DNA from: an uncultured Candidatus Binatia bacterium | GTDB taxonomy: Bacteria; Desulfobacterota; Binatia; HRBIN30; CADEER01 | Assembly: GCA_964475125.1 (NCBI GenBank) | Contig: CAYYWP010000004.1 | Span: forward strand, 1 to 60,438 | Direction of reading: 5' to 3' | DNA length: 60,438 nt | In this document: one piece after another, positions 18,545-27,670 of the stretch | Position numbering within the stretch: the first letter of the stretch is position 1 | Layout: the number at the start of each line of letters is the position of its first letter | Made by a program: the position numbers and the translations under genes | The notes under the pieces: generated by a model | The model's input: only the letters and a program-made list of their open reading frames with translations | Databases searched by the model: none | Told to the model about the DNA's origin: nothing

Positions 18545-19708
18545 TTGACGGCAACCGGTGGCGGAACACCGCGCCCGCGCGTGCTGCACGTGCTGGACAG
18601 CCTCGCCGTGGGCGGACTGGAACTGGCGCTTCTGGGGCTGATCGAACGAACCGGCGACCGTTTCGAGCACTCCGTCTGTTGCATCCGGGACCTGGGAGCA
18701 CTCATGGATCGATTCGCTAACGCCGGCGCCGGCATCACTCTCGTCGGCAAGCGAGTGGGGCGGGACAGAAGTGTGCCGTGGCGCATCGCGCGCCTGTGCC
18801 GCGCACTGCGGCCGCACATCGTGCACACCCGCAACTGGGCGACGATCGATGGAGTGGTGGCCGCCCGTCTGGCGCGCGTCCCGGTCGTCATCCACGGCGA
18901 GCACGGCCGCGACGACGCGGAAGACGCCGCGCCCAGCCGCCGGCAGGTGCGGATCTGCCGCCTTCTGTTCCGGTTCGTCAACCGCATCGTCGTGGTGTCG
19001 AAACGTCTGCAGCGCTGGTTGGTCGAAGAGCTGGCGGTGCGCCCGCGCAAGGTCGTGTTCATCCCGAACGGAGTCGACACGGAACGATTTCGCCCCAGCG
19101 CGCACCGCGACCGGTTGCGACGCACGCGCGGCTACGAGCCGGCGCACGTGCTCATCGGCGCGCTCGGCCGCCTGCAGGCGATCAAGGACTACGCCACGCT
19201 GATCGCCGCGTTCGAGACGGTGCTGCGCCGCCAGCCCGAGGCCAGGCTGGTCATCGTCGGCGACGGGCCGGAGCGGGCATCGCTCGCGGACGAGGTCGAC
19301 CGTCGCCGCCTGCGGCACGCGGTTCGGCTGGCGGGCCATCAGGACGACGTAGAGGAGTGGCTGGCGGCCATGGACCTCTTCGTGCACCCCTCGCTCATGG
19401 AAGGCACGAGCAACGCCCTCCTCGAGGCCATGGCGGTAGGTTTGCCGGTGGTGGCAGGGCAGGTGGGCGGGAATCCCGAGATCGTGGTCGACGGCGTCAC
19501 CGGTCGGCTGGTTCCCATACGCGATCCCGCGGCGCTGGCGGCGGCGATGCGGTTCTACAGCGTCGACGTCGACGCTCGCCGCCAGCACGGCGCGACCGGC
19601 CGCGCTCGCGTCGCGCAGGGGTACTCCATGGATGCGATGGTTGCCGGATACACGGCCGTGTATCAGCAGGCACTGGCGCGCCGGAGCTCGCGATGGTTGG
19701 CAGCCTGA
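18545..19708 (+). CDS. GT4 glycosyltransferase of the PEP-CTERM/EpsH1-associated sugar-transferase type (stp2-like)
   Basis: RVLHVLDSLAVGGLELALLGLIERTGDRFEH...IVHTRNWATIDG...IHGEHGRD...IPNGVDTERFRP. The only plausible in-frame start is TTG 18545, preceded by GAGAGG. The upstream part of the track ORF overlaps wecB out of frame. Confidence 0.8.
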   Translation: MTATGGGTPRPRVLHVLDSLAVGGLELALLGLIERTGDRFEHSVCCIRDLGALMDRFANAGAGITLVGKRVGRDRSVPWRIARLCRALRPHIVHTRNWATIDGVVAARLARVPVVIHGEHGRDDAEDAAPSRRQVRICRLLFRFVNRIVVVSKRLQRWLVEELAVRPRKVVFIPNGVDTERFRPSAHRDRLRRTRGYEPAHVLIGALGRLQAIKDYATLIAAFETVLRRQPEARLVIVGDGPERASLADEVDRRRLRHAVRLAGHQDDVEEWLAAMDLFVHPSLMEGTSNALLEAMAVGLPVVAGQVGGNPEIVVDGVTGRLVPIRDPAALAAAMRFYSVDVDARRQHGATGRARVAQGYSMDAMVAGYTAVYQQALARRSSRWLAA

Positions 19709-19795
19709 CCCGCATCGCGCCGCGAACCGCAGCGGTTGGGTTGCCCTAGTGTCCCGTCGCGGCGACGGGACACTAGCCCGTGAGTGATCTCTCCG

Positions 19796-21676
19796 ATGTG
19801 CGGCATCGCGGGCATGTACCATCGCGCCGGCGCGCCTTCCGGCGAGCGGCTGACGGTCCTGGAACAGATGACGCGCACGCTCATCCATCGCGGGCCCGAT
19901 GACGAGGGATACTTCATCGACGACTTCGTCGGTTTGGGCCACCGCCGCCTCAGCATCGTCGATGTCGAGACCGGCCACCAACCGATGGCGAACGAGGATG
20001 GCAGTGTGTGGCTGGTGTTCAACGGCGAGATCTACAACTTCCGCGAGCTGCGGCACCTGCTCGAGGGCAAAGGCCACCGCTTTCGCACCCACAGCGACAC
20101 CGAGGGGATCGTGCACGCCTATGAAGAGTGGGACACGGGGTGCCTCGACCGCCTGCGCGGCATGTTCGCCTTCGCACTCTGGGACGCGCGGCGTCGCCGG
20201 CTCTTCCTCGCCCGCGACCGCCTGGGCAAGAAACCGCTCTACTACGCGCGCGTCGGCGAGGCCCTGGTGTTCGGCTCGGAGATCAAAGCGCTGGCCGCCT
20301 TTCCCGGCCTCGATCGCAGGCTCGACCTCGAGGCCGTCAGCGACTACCTCTCCCTGCTCTACATCCCGCGCCAGAAGAGCATCTATCGCGGCGTCAGCAA
20401 GCTGTTGCCGGGGCATTACCTGCTGGCCGACGCCAGGCAGTGCGACGTGCGCTGTTACTGGGACCTCGACTTCACCCCCAGGGTGCACGACGGCCAGCGG
20501 GCGGCGCAGCACCTGGCGGAGCTGCTGCGCGACGCGGTGTCGGCACGGCTGCACAGCGAGGTTCCGCTGGGCGCTTTTCTCAGCGGCGGGATCGATTCGT
20601 CCGCCGTCGTCGGCCTGATGGCGCGGGCGGCCCCGGCGCCCGTCATCACGGCCTCGATCGGCTTTCCCGAAGAGTCCTTCGACGAGCTGCCGTACGCCCG
20701 CATGGCGGCGCAGCACTTTCGCACCGACCACCGTGAGGACGTCGTCACCGCGCGCGCCGTCGACGCGCTGCACGACCTCATCTGGCATTACGACGAGCCA
20801 TTCGGCGACTCGTCGGCGATCCCGACCTACTACGTCTCGAAGCTGGCGCGGCAGCGGGTAACCGTGGCGCTCTCCGGCGACGGCGGTGACGAGAGCTTTG
20901 CCGGGTATCGCCGCTACTACTTCGACGTGTGCGAGCAGAAGGTGCGCTCGCTCGTTCCCGCGGCCGTGCGGCAGCCCCTCTTCCGCGCCATCGGCGGGTT
21001 GTATCCGAAGGCCGACTTCTTGCCGCGGCTGTTTCGCGGCAAGACGTTTCTGAGCAACCTCGCGCGCACCCCGCCGGAGGCGTACCTGCACTCGGTCAGC
21101 GGCGTCACCGAGGCCGACAAGCTCCAGCTGCTGAATCCAGACGTGTCGCGCGCTCTGGGCGGATACCGCACCGCGGATCTGTTCGCCGACCTGTACCGAA
21201 CCGCCGCCGCCTGGGACCCGCTGGCGCGCATTCAGTACATCGACTTCAAGACGTACCTGCCGGACGACATCCTCACCAAGGTCGACCGCGCCAGTATGGC
21301 GCACTCCCTCGAGGTACGCTGCCCCCTGCTCGATCACCCAATGGTCGAGTACGCGGCCTCGTTGCCGTCGCACCTGAAGCTGCGCGGCACGCGTGCGAAA
21401 CTGATCCTGAAAGAAGCGGTCCGCGACTTCGTGCCGGCGGAGATTCTGCAGCGGCCCAAGATGGGATTCGCCATGCCGCTGGCGACGTGGTTGCGCGGCG
21501 AGCTGCGCCCGCTGGTCGAAGAGGAGGTCCTGCGCGCTCGCCACGGGCTGTTCGACGAGCAGACGATCCGGCGGCTGTGGCGCCAGCATCTCTCGGGCCG
21601 GCGCGAGCGCACGTCGGAGCTGTGGGGCGTGCTCATCTTCAACCTCTGGCACAAGCGTTTCGGAGCCGCGCCGTGA
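19796..21676 (+). CDS. Asparagine synthase-type amidotransferase (AsnB family), copy 2, exosortase-A-locus type
   Basis: Start at ATG 19796 gives MCGIAGMY. Contains FLSGGIDSS. Sits between the stp2-like GT4 and the O-antigen-ligase-like gene, as in XrtA-type loci. Confidence 0.9.
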   Translation: MCGIAGMYHRAGAPSGERLTVLEQMTRTLIHRGPDDEGYFIDDFVGLGHRRLSIVDVETGHQPMANEDGSVWLVFNGEIYNFRELRHLLEGKGHRFRTHSDTEGIVHAYEEWDTGCLDRLRGMFAFALWDARRRRLFLARDRLGKKPLYYARVGEALVFGSEIKALAAFPGLDRRLDLEAVSDYLSLLYIPRQKSIYRGVSKLLPGHYLLADARQCDVRCYWDLDFTPRVHDGQRAAQHLAELLRDAVSARLHSEVPLGAFLSGGIDSSAVVGLMARAAPAPVITASIGFPEESFDELPYARMAAQHFRTDHREDVVTARAVDALHDLIWHYDEPFGDSSAIPTYYVSKLARQRVTVALSGDGGDESFAGYRRYYFDVCEQKVRSLVPAAVRQPLFRAIGGLYPKADFLPRLFRGKTFLSNLARTPPEAYLHSVSGVTEADKLQLLNPDVSRALGGYRTADLFADLYRTAAAWDPLARIQYIDFKTYLPDDILTKVDRASMAHSLEVRCPLLDHPMVEYAASLPSHLKLRGTRAKLILKEAVRDFVPAEILQRPKMGFAMPLATWLRGELRPLVEEEVLRARHGLFDEQTIRRLWRQHLSGRRERTSELWGVLIFNLWHKRFGAAP

Positions 21677-21869
21677 TCTCGCCGCCGCCCCGGAGGTCGG
21701 CGATCCGGTCACTTCCACCAGGCGCTGCGGATCTGGGGCCTATGATACGGAGAGCATCGTGACCGCCCATCTCGCGTCCATGCTGGCCACCGTCGCGACC
21801 GCGTACCGGTTGTTGCTTTGGCAGCGGCCGTCGGCCATGCCCGCGGAGGCGACGCCTGTCGCGTGAGTC

Positions 21870-23201
21870 GTGTTCGGTGTCGACATCCTGCTCATCGCAC
21901 TCGTCGTCGCGTCGCTCCCAGTGTGCATCTGGAGGCCGTGGATCGGCGTGCTGGTCTTCACCTGGCTCGGCTGCATGCACCCGCACCGGATCGTCGGCGG
22001 GCTGGCGGACGACCTGCCGTTGTCCAGGCTGGTCGCGCTGGCGACGTTGCTCGGCCTGCTGTTCACCAGACAGCGTTACGCGCTGCCGCGACGGCGCGAG
22101 CTCTACCTGCTGGGCGGGTTGTGGCTGACGTTCCTGGCCTCGACGATGCTGACCGCCCTCGAGCCGCAACGGGCCTGGAGCGACTTCGTCGAGGTCTCCA
22201 AGATCATGGTGATGGCAGGTGTGACCATGGTCTTGTTCCAGGACCGCGCCAAGCTGCACGCCCTGCTCCTGGTCATCGCGCTGTCCATCGGCATCGTCGG
22301 TATCGGCGGCGGCCTGTGGGGCTTCTACACCGGTTTTCACGCCCCGCTCTTCGGACCACCCCACTCGAATATTTCCGACAACAACGGGCTCGGATTCGTG
22401 CTGGTCGTGGTCCTGCCCCTGCTCGCCTACGTCCGTCAAGCGGAGGAACGCGCGCCGCTCCGCGCGCTGCTGCTGATCGCCTTCGGCCTGTCGATCATCG
22501 CCCTATTCGCCACCTATTCGCGCGGTGCCTTCGTCGGCTTCTGCCTCGTCTTGGCGCTCATCGCCGTGCAGATCCGGACCAAGGACCTGGCCCTGTTGGG
22601 CACTGGGCTCGCGGCCTGCCTGGTGTTCTATCTCTTCGCTCCGCAACAATGGGTCGAGCGGATCGAAACGATCACGCCGACGGCGTACCGCACGGATCCC
22701 TCCGGCGTGAAGCGGATGAAGTCGTGGTACGTCGCCCTGCGCCTCGGCGCCGACCATCCCTTCCTCGGCGCCGGTTTTCGCCCCTTCTCGCCCGCCGTGT
22801 ACCAGCGCTATCTCGCCGGCTACTCGGACGACCATGACGCACACAGCCATTTCCTGCAGGTCTTCGCCGAGCACGGGTTGATCGGGTTGGGGCTGTTCGT
22901 CGCGCTCCTGGTGTCGGTCCTGCTCCGTCTCTGGCGTCTGGCACGCCTGACCCGCGGCGACCCCCACCGCGAATGGATCGGCCGCTGCGCGCAGTCGGTC
23001 GGCGTCGCCGTGATCGCCTATGTCGCCGGAGGGATGTTCATCAACCTGCCGTACTTCGACCTCTACTATGAACTCGTGGCGGTGGTGGTCATCCTGCAGG
23101 AAATCGCCACCTCCGCGGACGGCCGCGCCTGCGCTCCACTCGACGAGGGCTGGGTTACGGCGGTGATCCGGCGCGCCCAGGGCATCACGCGGCAGGCGTA
23201 G
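21870..23201 (+). CDS. O-antigen ligase / Wzy-like polytopic membrane protein (exosortase-A-locus type)
   Basis: GTG start. MFGVDILLIALVVASLPVCIWRPWIGVLVFTWLGCMHPHRIV matches the conserved N-terminus of the PEP-CTERM-associated O-glycosylation ligase family. HSHFLQVFAEHG lies in the Wzy_C-type loop. Confidence 0.85.
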   Translation: MFGVDILLIALVVASLPVCIWRPWIGVLVFTWLGCMHPHRIVGGLADDLPLSRLVALATLLGLLFTRQRYALPRRRELYLLGGLWLTFLASTMLTALEPQRAWSDFVEVSKIMVMAGVTMVLFQDRAKLHALLLVIALSIGIVGIGGGLWGFYTGFHAPLFGPPHSNISDNNGLGFVLVVVLPLLAYVRQAEERAPLRALLLIAFGLSIIALFATYSRGAFVGFCLVLALIAVQIRTKDLALLGTGLAACLVFYLFAPQQWVERIETITPTAYRTDPSGVKRMKSWYVALRLGADHPFLGAGFRPFSPAVYQRYLAGYSDDHDAHSHFLQVFAEHGLIGLGLFVALLVSVLLRLWRLARLTRGDPHREWIGRCAQSVGVAVIAYVAGGMFINLPYFDLYYELVAVVVILQEIATSADGRACAPLDEGWVTAVIRRAQGITRQA

Positions 23202-23239
23202 CGCCCTGCAACGCCCTGGTTCTCGACCCGCGGCCCGGC

Positions 23240-25081
23240 TCAGCCTGAAGGCGGCGGCGCACTCTCGACGAGCTCAAACGAAGTCAGATAGAGCCCCTCT
23301 ACGCTCCGCTGCGCCGTGCGCCGAACGCCGTGCGTTCTCAGCTCGCCAACCTCGACCGGGCTGAGGCTGGCAAAGGTAAAGCGCCTGACGCCGGTGGCCG
23401 TGGCCAACTGAATCCAGCGTGCGGTGTGTGCGCGGTCCGCGACGAAGAACATCTCGCGCTCGGCGTAGGCCACTGCGACGGCGGATGGAAGCCACCAGAC
23501 GTCGGTGACGATGACCTCCTCGGCCCGCAGGGCAGCATCCCAGGTCGACAGCGCCTCCCGGGTGGTGTGCAGCATGGTCAGGCCGCGGATCTCCAGTCCC
23601 ACGCCGACGACCATCATCGCCGCGACGGCGAGGCTGAAGACTCGTCTCAGCCAGAGCGGGCGCTCCGATCTCCCGTAGCTCCGCAGGCCCGCCAGCATCG
23701 CGATCGACAACAGCGGATAGAGGACCAACAGCAGCCGTTGTCCCCACTCCATTCCGGCCTCGAGTTTGCCATTCCAGAGATACGACATCGCGATCGCGAA
23801 TGCGCCGATGACGAGATAGCCGAGCGACACATTCGCCAACGCCATCGGGACATAGCGGCGCTCCCGCCACGCCTCCCGCAAGGCGTATGGCCACACGATC
23901 AGAAACGGCGCGACGGGGAACAGACCGTGCAGGGCGCGATAATTCTGCGCGGTGCACAAGAGAAAAAGGCTGAAGCCGAGCATGACGACGCAGCCGGAGA
24001 GGACCAAGGCTGCCTCGATGCGCGTAGACCTTGCGAAGGCGGCGACCCAACACGACAGCAGCGCGAGCGCCACCGCGACCGCGAGCCCGTCGCCAACGAC
24101 TGCGCCCTCGCTCACCTGGCTGTGAACCAAGACCTCGACGAGGCCACCGGGATGCTCCAGGAGCCCAGTTGCAGCCGTTTCGATCCGCGCCGGTACGGAC
24201 GCCAGGAGGTTGCGGTGGCGCAGCGTCAGTGACGCCTGGAGAACGAAGAGCAAGCCGGCGGTCAGTCCGGCGAGCAGCAGGGGAAGGGCAACGCGCCGGA
24301 GCGGCCTCGACGCCGGCCGGCTGCTCGGCGGCGCCGTGGGCCGCGGGCGGGCGGCGAGGCTGGAGACACCCCAGCCCGAGAAAACGGCCACCGCAAGCGC
24401 CGACATCTCGAAGCGCAGGATCCACGCCGCCGTCAGGGCGGCGGCGGCCGCCAACACGGCGGCCGGGCGCCAACGCGGCGAGGCGGTGACGACGTAGACG
24501 GCGAGCAGCGCCAGGAAACCCGCCGCGCTGTGCTCCCAGAAGACCATGCCGTAGAACCACACCGGCGTGGCCAGGCCCACCAGGAGCACGGCGAAGGGCG
24601 CCCAGCGCGGGTCTATGCGCGCCATCAGCATCCCGCTCACGATGGCGATGCCCCAGGCGCTCAAGAGCGGGAGCAGGTACAGGCCGGTCAGACCGAACCA
24701 TCGCAGCGGCACGCGGTTGACCAGCGGGAAGAGGACGGGGGTTTGGAACGGGAGGTAGGTACTGCCGTCATCGGCGACCACCGGAGGAGGGAAAATCACC
24801 GGGGGCGGAAGAAATTCGAAGCCGGGATCGATGCGCCGGGCCGGGAACGGCACCTCGTAGCGGACGTCGCCGGCCCAGTTCACGCTGACACTGCGCAGCT
24901 CCAGGTAATTGGCACCCTCATCGGGCATCCAGAACACATGCTTCGGCAGGACGCTCAGACTCACGGCGTAGATCGCCAGCACGGCGAGCGCCGCCAGAAG
25001 GGTCCACCCGTGGCCTCGGATCCGCGTCACGCCTCTCCAGGGGGCGGGCGCCTGGCCCAGAGGCGCTGGCCTTCCCGGCAA
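23240..25081 (-). CDS. Large polytopic membrane protein, GT-C-like candidate glycosyltransferase (family not recognised)
   Basis: 613 codons with at least 10 hydrophobic helices. Early-loop acidic motif FWMPDEGANYLEL. C-terminal approx 100-aa soluble region. Co-oriented with the SGNH hydrolase gene upstream. Confidence 0.55.
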   Translation of the reverse strand: MPGRPAPLGQAPAPWRGVTRIRGHGWTLLAALAVLAIYAVSLSVLPKHVFWMPDEGANYLELRSVSVNWAGDVRYEVPFPARRIDPGFEFLPPPVIFPPPVVADDGSTYLPFQTPVLFPLVNRVPLRWFGLTGLYLLPLLSAWGIAIVSGMLMARIDPRWAPFAVLLVGLATPVWFYGMVFWEHSAAGFLALLAVYVVTASPRWRPAAVLAAAAALTAAWILRFEMSALAVAVFSGWGVSSLAARPRPTAPPSSRPASRPLRRVALPLLLAGLTAGLLFVLQASLTLRHRNLLASVPARIETAATGLLEHPGGLVEVLVHSQVSEGAVVGDGLAVAVALALLSCWVAAFARSTRIEAALVLSGCVVMLGFSLFLLCTAQNYRALHGLFPVAPFLIVWPYALREAWRERRYVPMALANVSLGYLVIGAFAIAMSYLWNGKLEAGMEWGQRLLLVLYPLLSIAMLAGLRSYGRSERPLWLRRVFSLAVAAMMVVGVGLEIRGLTMLHTTREALSTWDAALRAEEVIVTDVWWLPSAVAVAYAEREMFFVADRAHTARWIQLATATGVRRFTFASLSPVEVGELRTHGVRRTAQRSVEGLYLTSFELVESAPPPSG

Positions 25082-25203
25082 GCGCCTTCAACCAGGCCAC
25101 GCATGGCGGAGGTCATGGCAGCATCGCGGCGAGCGAGCAAGATCCACTGACTTGCCGGCAGCGAGCGGCCGGCGCGGCGCCACGCAGCCGAGAGGTATCG
25201 CCG

Positions 25204-26286
25204 CTATCGGCCAGCGCGCGCAGACACCAGCTCCCGAAACGGCGGCGCGTCGAGAAGCGCCTGGCTCACGCGCGCCGCCATGGCGCGGCTTCCGGTATCG
25301 CGAAAGTGCACGGAGTCGTTGTAGTGCACGTCATCCGCCGGGATTTGCTCCTCGCCACCGATGAGCACGGCTCCAGTTTCGGCGGCCACCGACCGGATGA
25401 CGCGATTGTACTCCTCGTAGCCGGCTACCAGTCCGTCGAGGGTCATGTACGGCATGTAATACAACGAGGTGACGGCCGCCTGCTTTCGCTCCGCGACCGA
25501 CTGGCCGCGCCGGATGCGGGGCGAAAAGGTCACGACCGCAACCACTTCGGCGACCTCTTGGGCTGCGTGGATGGTGTTGCGCAGCCGTTGCTCGAAGCCG
25601 CGTGACAGCTCGCGTGGGTCGAAGACGAGCTTTCCAGCGTCGCTCTCAGCAGTGGCCTGGAGGCGTCGGATCGACAGGTTCATGTCGACGAGGAACCACA
25701 ACAGGGAATATCGCGCCAGCCCGCCGGCCTGCGTCGGCACGTCAGGGATGAGCTGCCGGTCCCGCGCCAGCCGACGGCTGTCCAGGGAGAGGTCATTGGT
25801 CGCTTCGTAGATCACGACGACGTCGGGCTCCAAGCGCTGGACCCGCAGCGTGAAGGTGCGCAGAATCGCCTCCAGGCCGTAGCCCGGGACGCCGGTGTTC
25901 ACGTAGTCGAACTGGACGTCCGGAAGCGCTTCCTCGAGGGATGCCCAGACCAGATGTGGCCAGGTCACCTCGTTGCCGCCGACCTCTGCACAGAAAGTGG
26001 TTGATCCGCCGAGAAAGGCCAGGCGAACCACCCCGGGCGGCTTTGGCATCACCAGCTCCGGGCCGCGGAATCCGAGTGAATTGACGCGGATCTTGCCGTG
26101 AACGCGATTCGGAATGAGAACGCGCAAGCCGGTCTCGGGATCGATCGCGAGCGCCTCGTCGATCGGACTTGCGGTGCCGTGTCTCACCCATTGCCGGAAT
26201 CTGACCGCACCTTCGGCGAGCAGCGCGCTCGCAGCGCCGAGGGCGAGGAGGGCGGCGACCATGCGGAGCACACGCCCCGGCTTCAT
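25204..26286 (-). CDS. SGNH/GDSL-family hydrolase or acyltransferase with N-terminal membrane anchor
   Basis: Signal/anchor MVAALLALGAASALLA. Block I-like LAFLGGSTTF, block III-like IYEATNDL, block V-like DSVHFRDTG. Confidence 0.65.
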   Translation of the reverse strand: MKPGRVLRMVAALLALGAASALLAEGAVRFRQWVRHGTASPIDEALAIDPETGLRVLIPNRVHGKIRVNSLGFRGPELVMPKPPGVVRLAFLGGSTTFCAEVGGNEVTWPHLVWASLEEALPDVQFDYVNTGVPGYGLEAILRTFTLRVQRLEPDVVVIYEATNDLSLDSRRLARDRQLIPDVPTQAGGLARYSLLWFLVDMNLSIRRLQATAESDAGKLVFDPRELSRGFEQRLRNTIHAAQEVAEVVAVVTFSPRIRRGQSVAERKQAAVTSLYYMPYMTLDGLVAGYEEYNRVIRSVAAETGAVLIGGEEQIPADDVHYNDSVHFRDTGSRAMAARVSQALLDAPPFRELVSARAGR

Positions 26287-26435
26287 CGGCAGCGCCTCCG
26301 GGAGCGGGCCGCTGACCGACGGGGCATCGCCGGATGTTTGCCGCTGCGCGCGTCTCGCCAGTAGCCAACCACGAAGGATATGCTACGGGTGACGGACGAA
26401 ACGGTCCAGGACGGGGACGAGATCGAGGGAGCAGT

Positions 26436-27218
26436 GTGAGCAGTACGGCAGGTTCGTCCGAGGCGGGCATCGCGCAGGTGCTGCGCCTCAAATACGGGGA
26501 CCCGCCGACGGGCTGGGGCCCGCTGCTGCACCAGCGCTTCGGCTACCGGACACCCGATGACCTGTACGAGGCCGCGGTGGCAGAGCTGGTGACTCCGGGC
26601 TGCGCGTGGGCCGACATCGGCTGCGGCCATGAGCTGTTCCCGAGCAACCGAGCCCTCGCGCGCCTGCTTGCCGCCCGCGCCGGCCTGCTCGTCGGCGTCG
26701 ACCCCGACGCGACCATCGAGGAGAACCCCTACGTCCATCGCAAGGTGCGTGTGACGCTCGCGGACTTCCAGCCGGACCGGTCCTTCGACCTCGTGACGCT
26801 GCGCATGGTGGCCGAACACCTCGCCGACCCGGAGGCGGCGGCCGCGGCGCTGGGGCGTATCGTGCGGCGGGGCGGCACCGTACTCATCTACACGGTCAAC
26901 CGCTGGGCGCCGGTCTCGCTCGCGGCGAAGTGCGTGCCCTTCCGCTTGCACCAGCCGATCAAGCAGGTGCTCTGGGGCACGCAGGAGCAGGACACCTTCC
27001 CCACCTACTTCCGCATGAACACGCGGCGGCAGCTGCGTGCGCTGCTCGACCGCCACGGCCTCCGCGAGGTCTCCTTCCGCTACCTCGATGACTGCCGCAC
27101 GCTGCAGCGCATCCGCTTGCTCGCCCGCCTCGAGCTGATCACCTGGCGCGTCCTGCACGCCGTCGGCCTGCCCTACCCCGAGACCTGCCTGCTCGGCACC
27201 TATCGGAAGGGGACGTAG
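26436..27218 (+). CDS. Class I SAM-dependent methyltransferase
   Basis: Start placed at GTG 26436, 5-6 nt after GAGGGA. Motif I-like WADIGCGHE. VAEHLADP post-motif II block. Confidence 0.65.
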   Translation: MSSTAGSSEAGIAQVLRLKYGDPPTGWGPLLHQRFGYRTPDDLYEAAVAELVTPGCAWADIGCGHELFPSNRALARLLAARAGLLVGVDPDATIEENPYVHRKVRVTLADFQPDRSFDLVTLRMVAEHLADPEAAAAALGRIVRRGGTVLIYTVNRWAPVSLAAKCVPFRLHQPIKQVLWGTQEQDTFPTYFRMNTRRQLRALLDRHGLREVSFRYLDDCRTLQRIRLLARLELITWRVLHAVGLPYPETCLLGTYRKGT

Positions 27219-27328
27219 TTTCAAGTGTTCCGAGTTACCCCCCACGGGCCCCAATGCGGCCATTCCGGGGAGGGGGTCGGCCATGACGGAACGCTCGGAA
27301 GCCATCCTTGATCTGACAAAACCTCAAC

Positions 27329-27540
27329 GCAGAGACCCAGAGTACGCAGAGGACCCGGAGGCTGCGTGCATGAGTTCGAGCGCTGACTCATGGTCATCGT
27401 CAATTGGGTCTGGGGGTCAATCTCTCGCAGGATGCTGAACAACCCGCCGCTCACCCTTCGACGGGCTCAGGGTGAGCGGAACCGCGGGTTTTTCAGCATC
27501 CTGCTCGACCCTCGTACTCCGCGTTCTCTGCGGTCTCCGC
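27329..27540. repeat. Composite nested palindromic element: outer family C arms, inner 76-nt palindrome carrying a family A hairpin
   Basis: The outer arms are 27329..27355 (gcagagacccagagtacgcagaggacc) and 27510..27540 (ccctcgtactccgcgttctctgcggtctccg), in inverted orientation. The inner palindrome is 27428..27503 (caggatgctgaa..aacccgc..gctcaccct / agggtgagc..gcgggtt..ttcagcatcctg), with core hairpin 27449..27477. Confidence 0.75.
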
Positions 27541-27670
27541 GCCTCGGCTTCGAATTTCTCTTGTCCGATCAAGGCTATGTCCCGCATGCTTTGCTTGTCT
27601 TCACCCGTGCCGGGCGGCATTCTGGCGCCGTGCCTGGGGGGGAGCAGTGTAACCGTCTCGCCGGGCGGCG

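Noticed and set aside
18488-21718. Very long antisense ORFs. Examples are the 1076-aa ORF on the minus strand here, 6681..9254 (+), 47826..49937 (-), 55693..57795 (-), 57509..59026 (+) and 1171..2949 (+).
   Set aside because: They lie opposite or out of frame to ORFs with clear family motifs. They are dominated by Arg/Gly/Ala/Pro runs typical of non-coding frames in approx 70 % GC DNA, and have no recognisable motifs.
21759-21866. A 35-codon ORF (VTAHLASMLATVATAYRLLLWQRPSAMPAEATPVA). It lies in the same frame as the O-antigen-ligase-like gene and is separated from it by a single TGA plus one codon. This could be read as stop-codon read-through or an N-terminal extension.
   Set aside because: The ligase N-terminus beginning at 21870 already matches the conserved family opening. 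The short ORF has no features beyond a weak GGAGAG upstream, so there is no evidence for recoding.
27221-27620. Small ORFs inside repeat regions (27221..27454, 27417..27620, 39054..39284, 55429..55686, 43576..43791, 56892..57269). They translate to recurring peptides such as LSPSKGER, FVFFVVK and GRTPCAPT.
   Set aside because: The recurring peptides are simply translations of the palindromic repeat families in arbitrary frames. There are no start or RBS contexts, and the same DNA occurs in both orientations.
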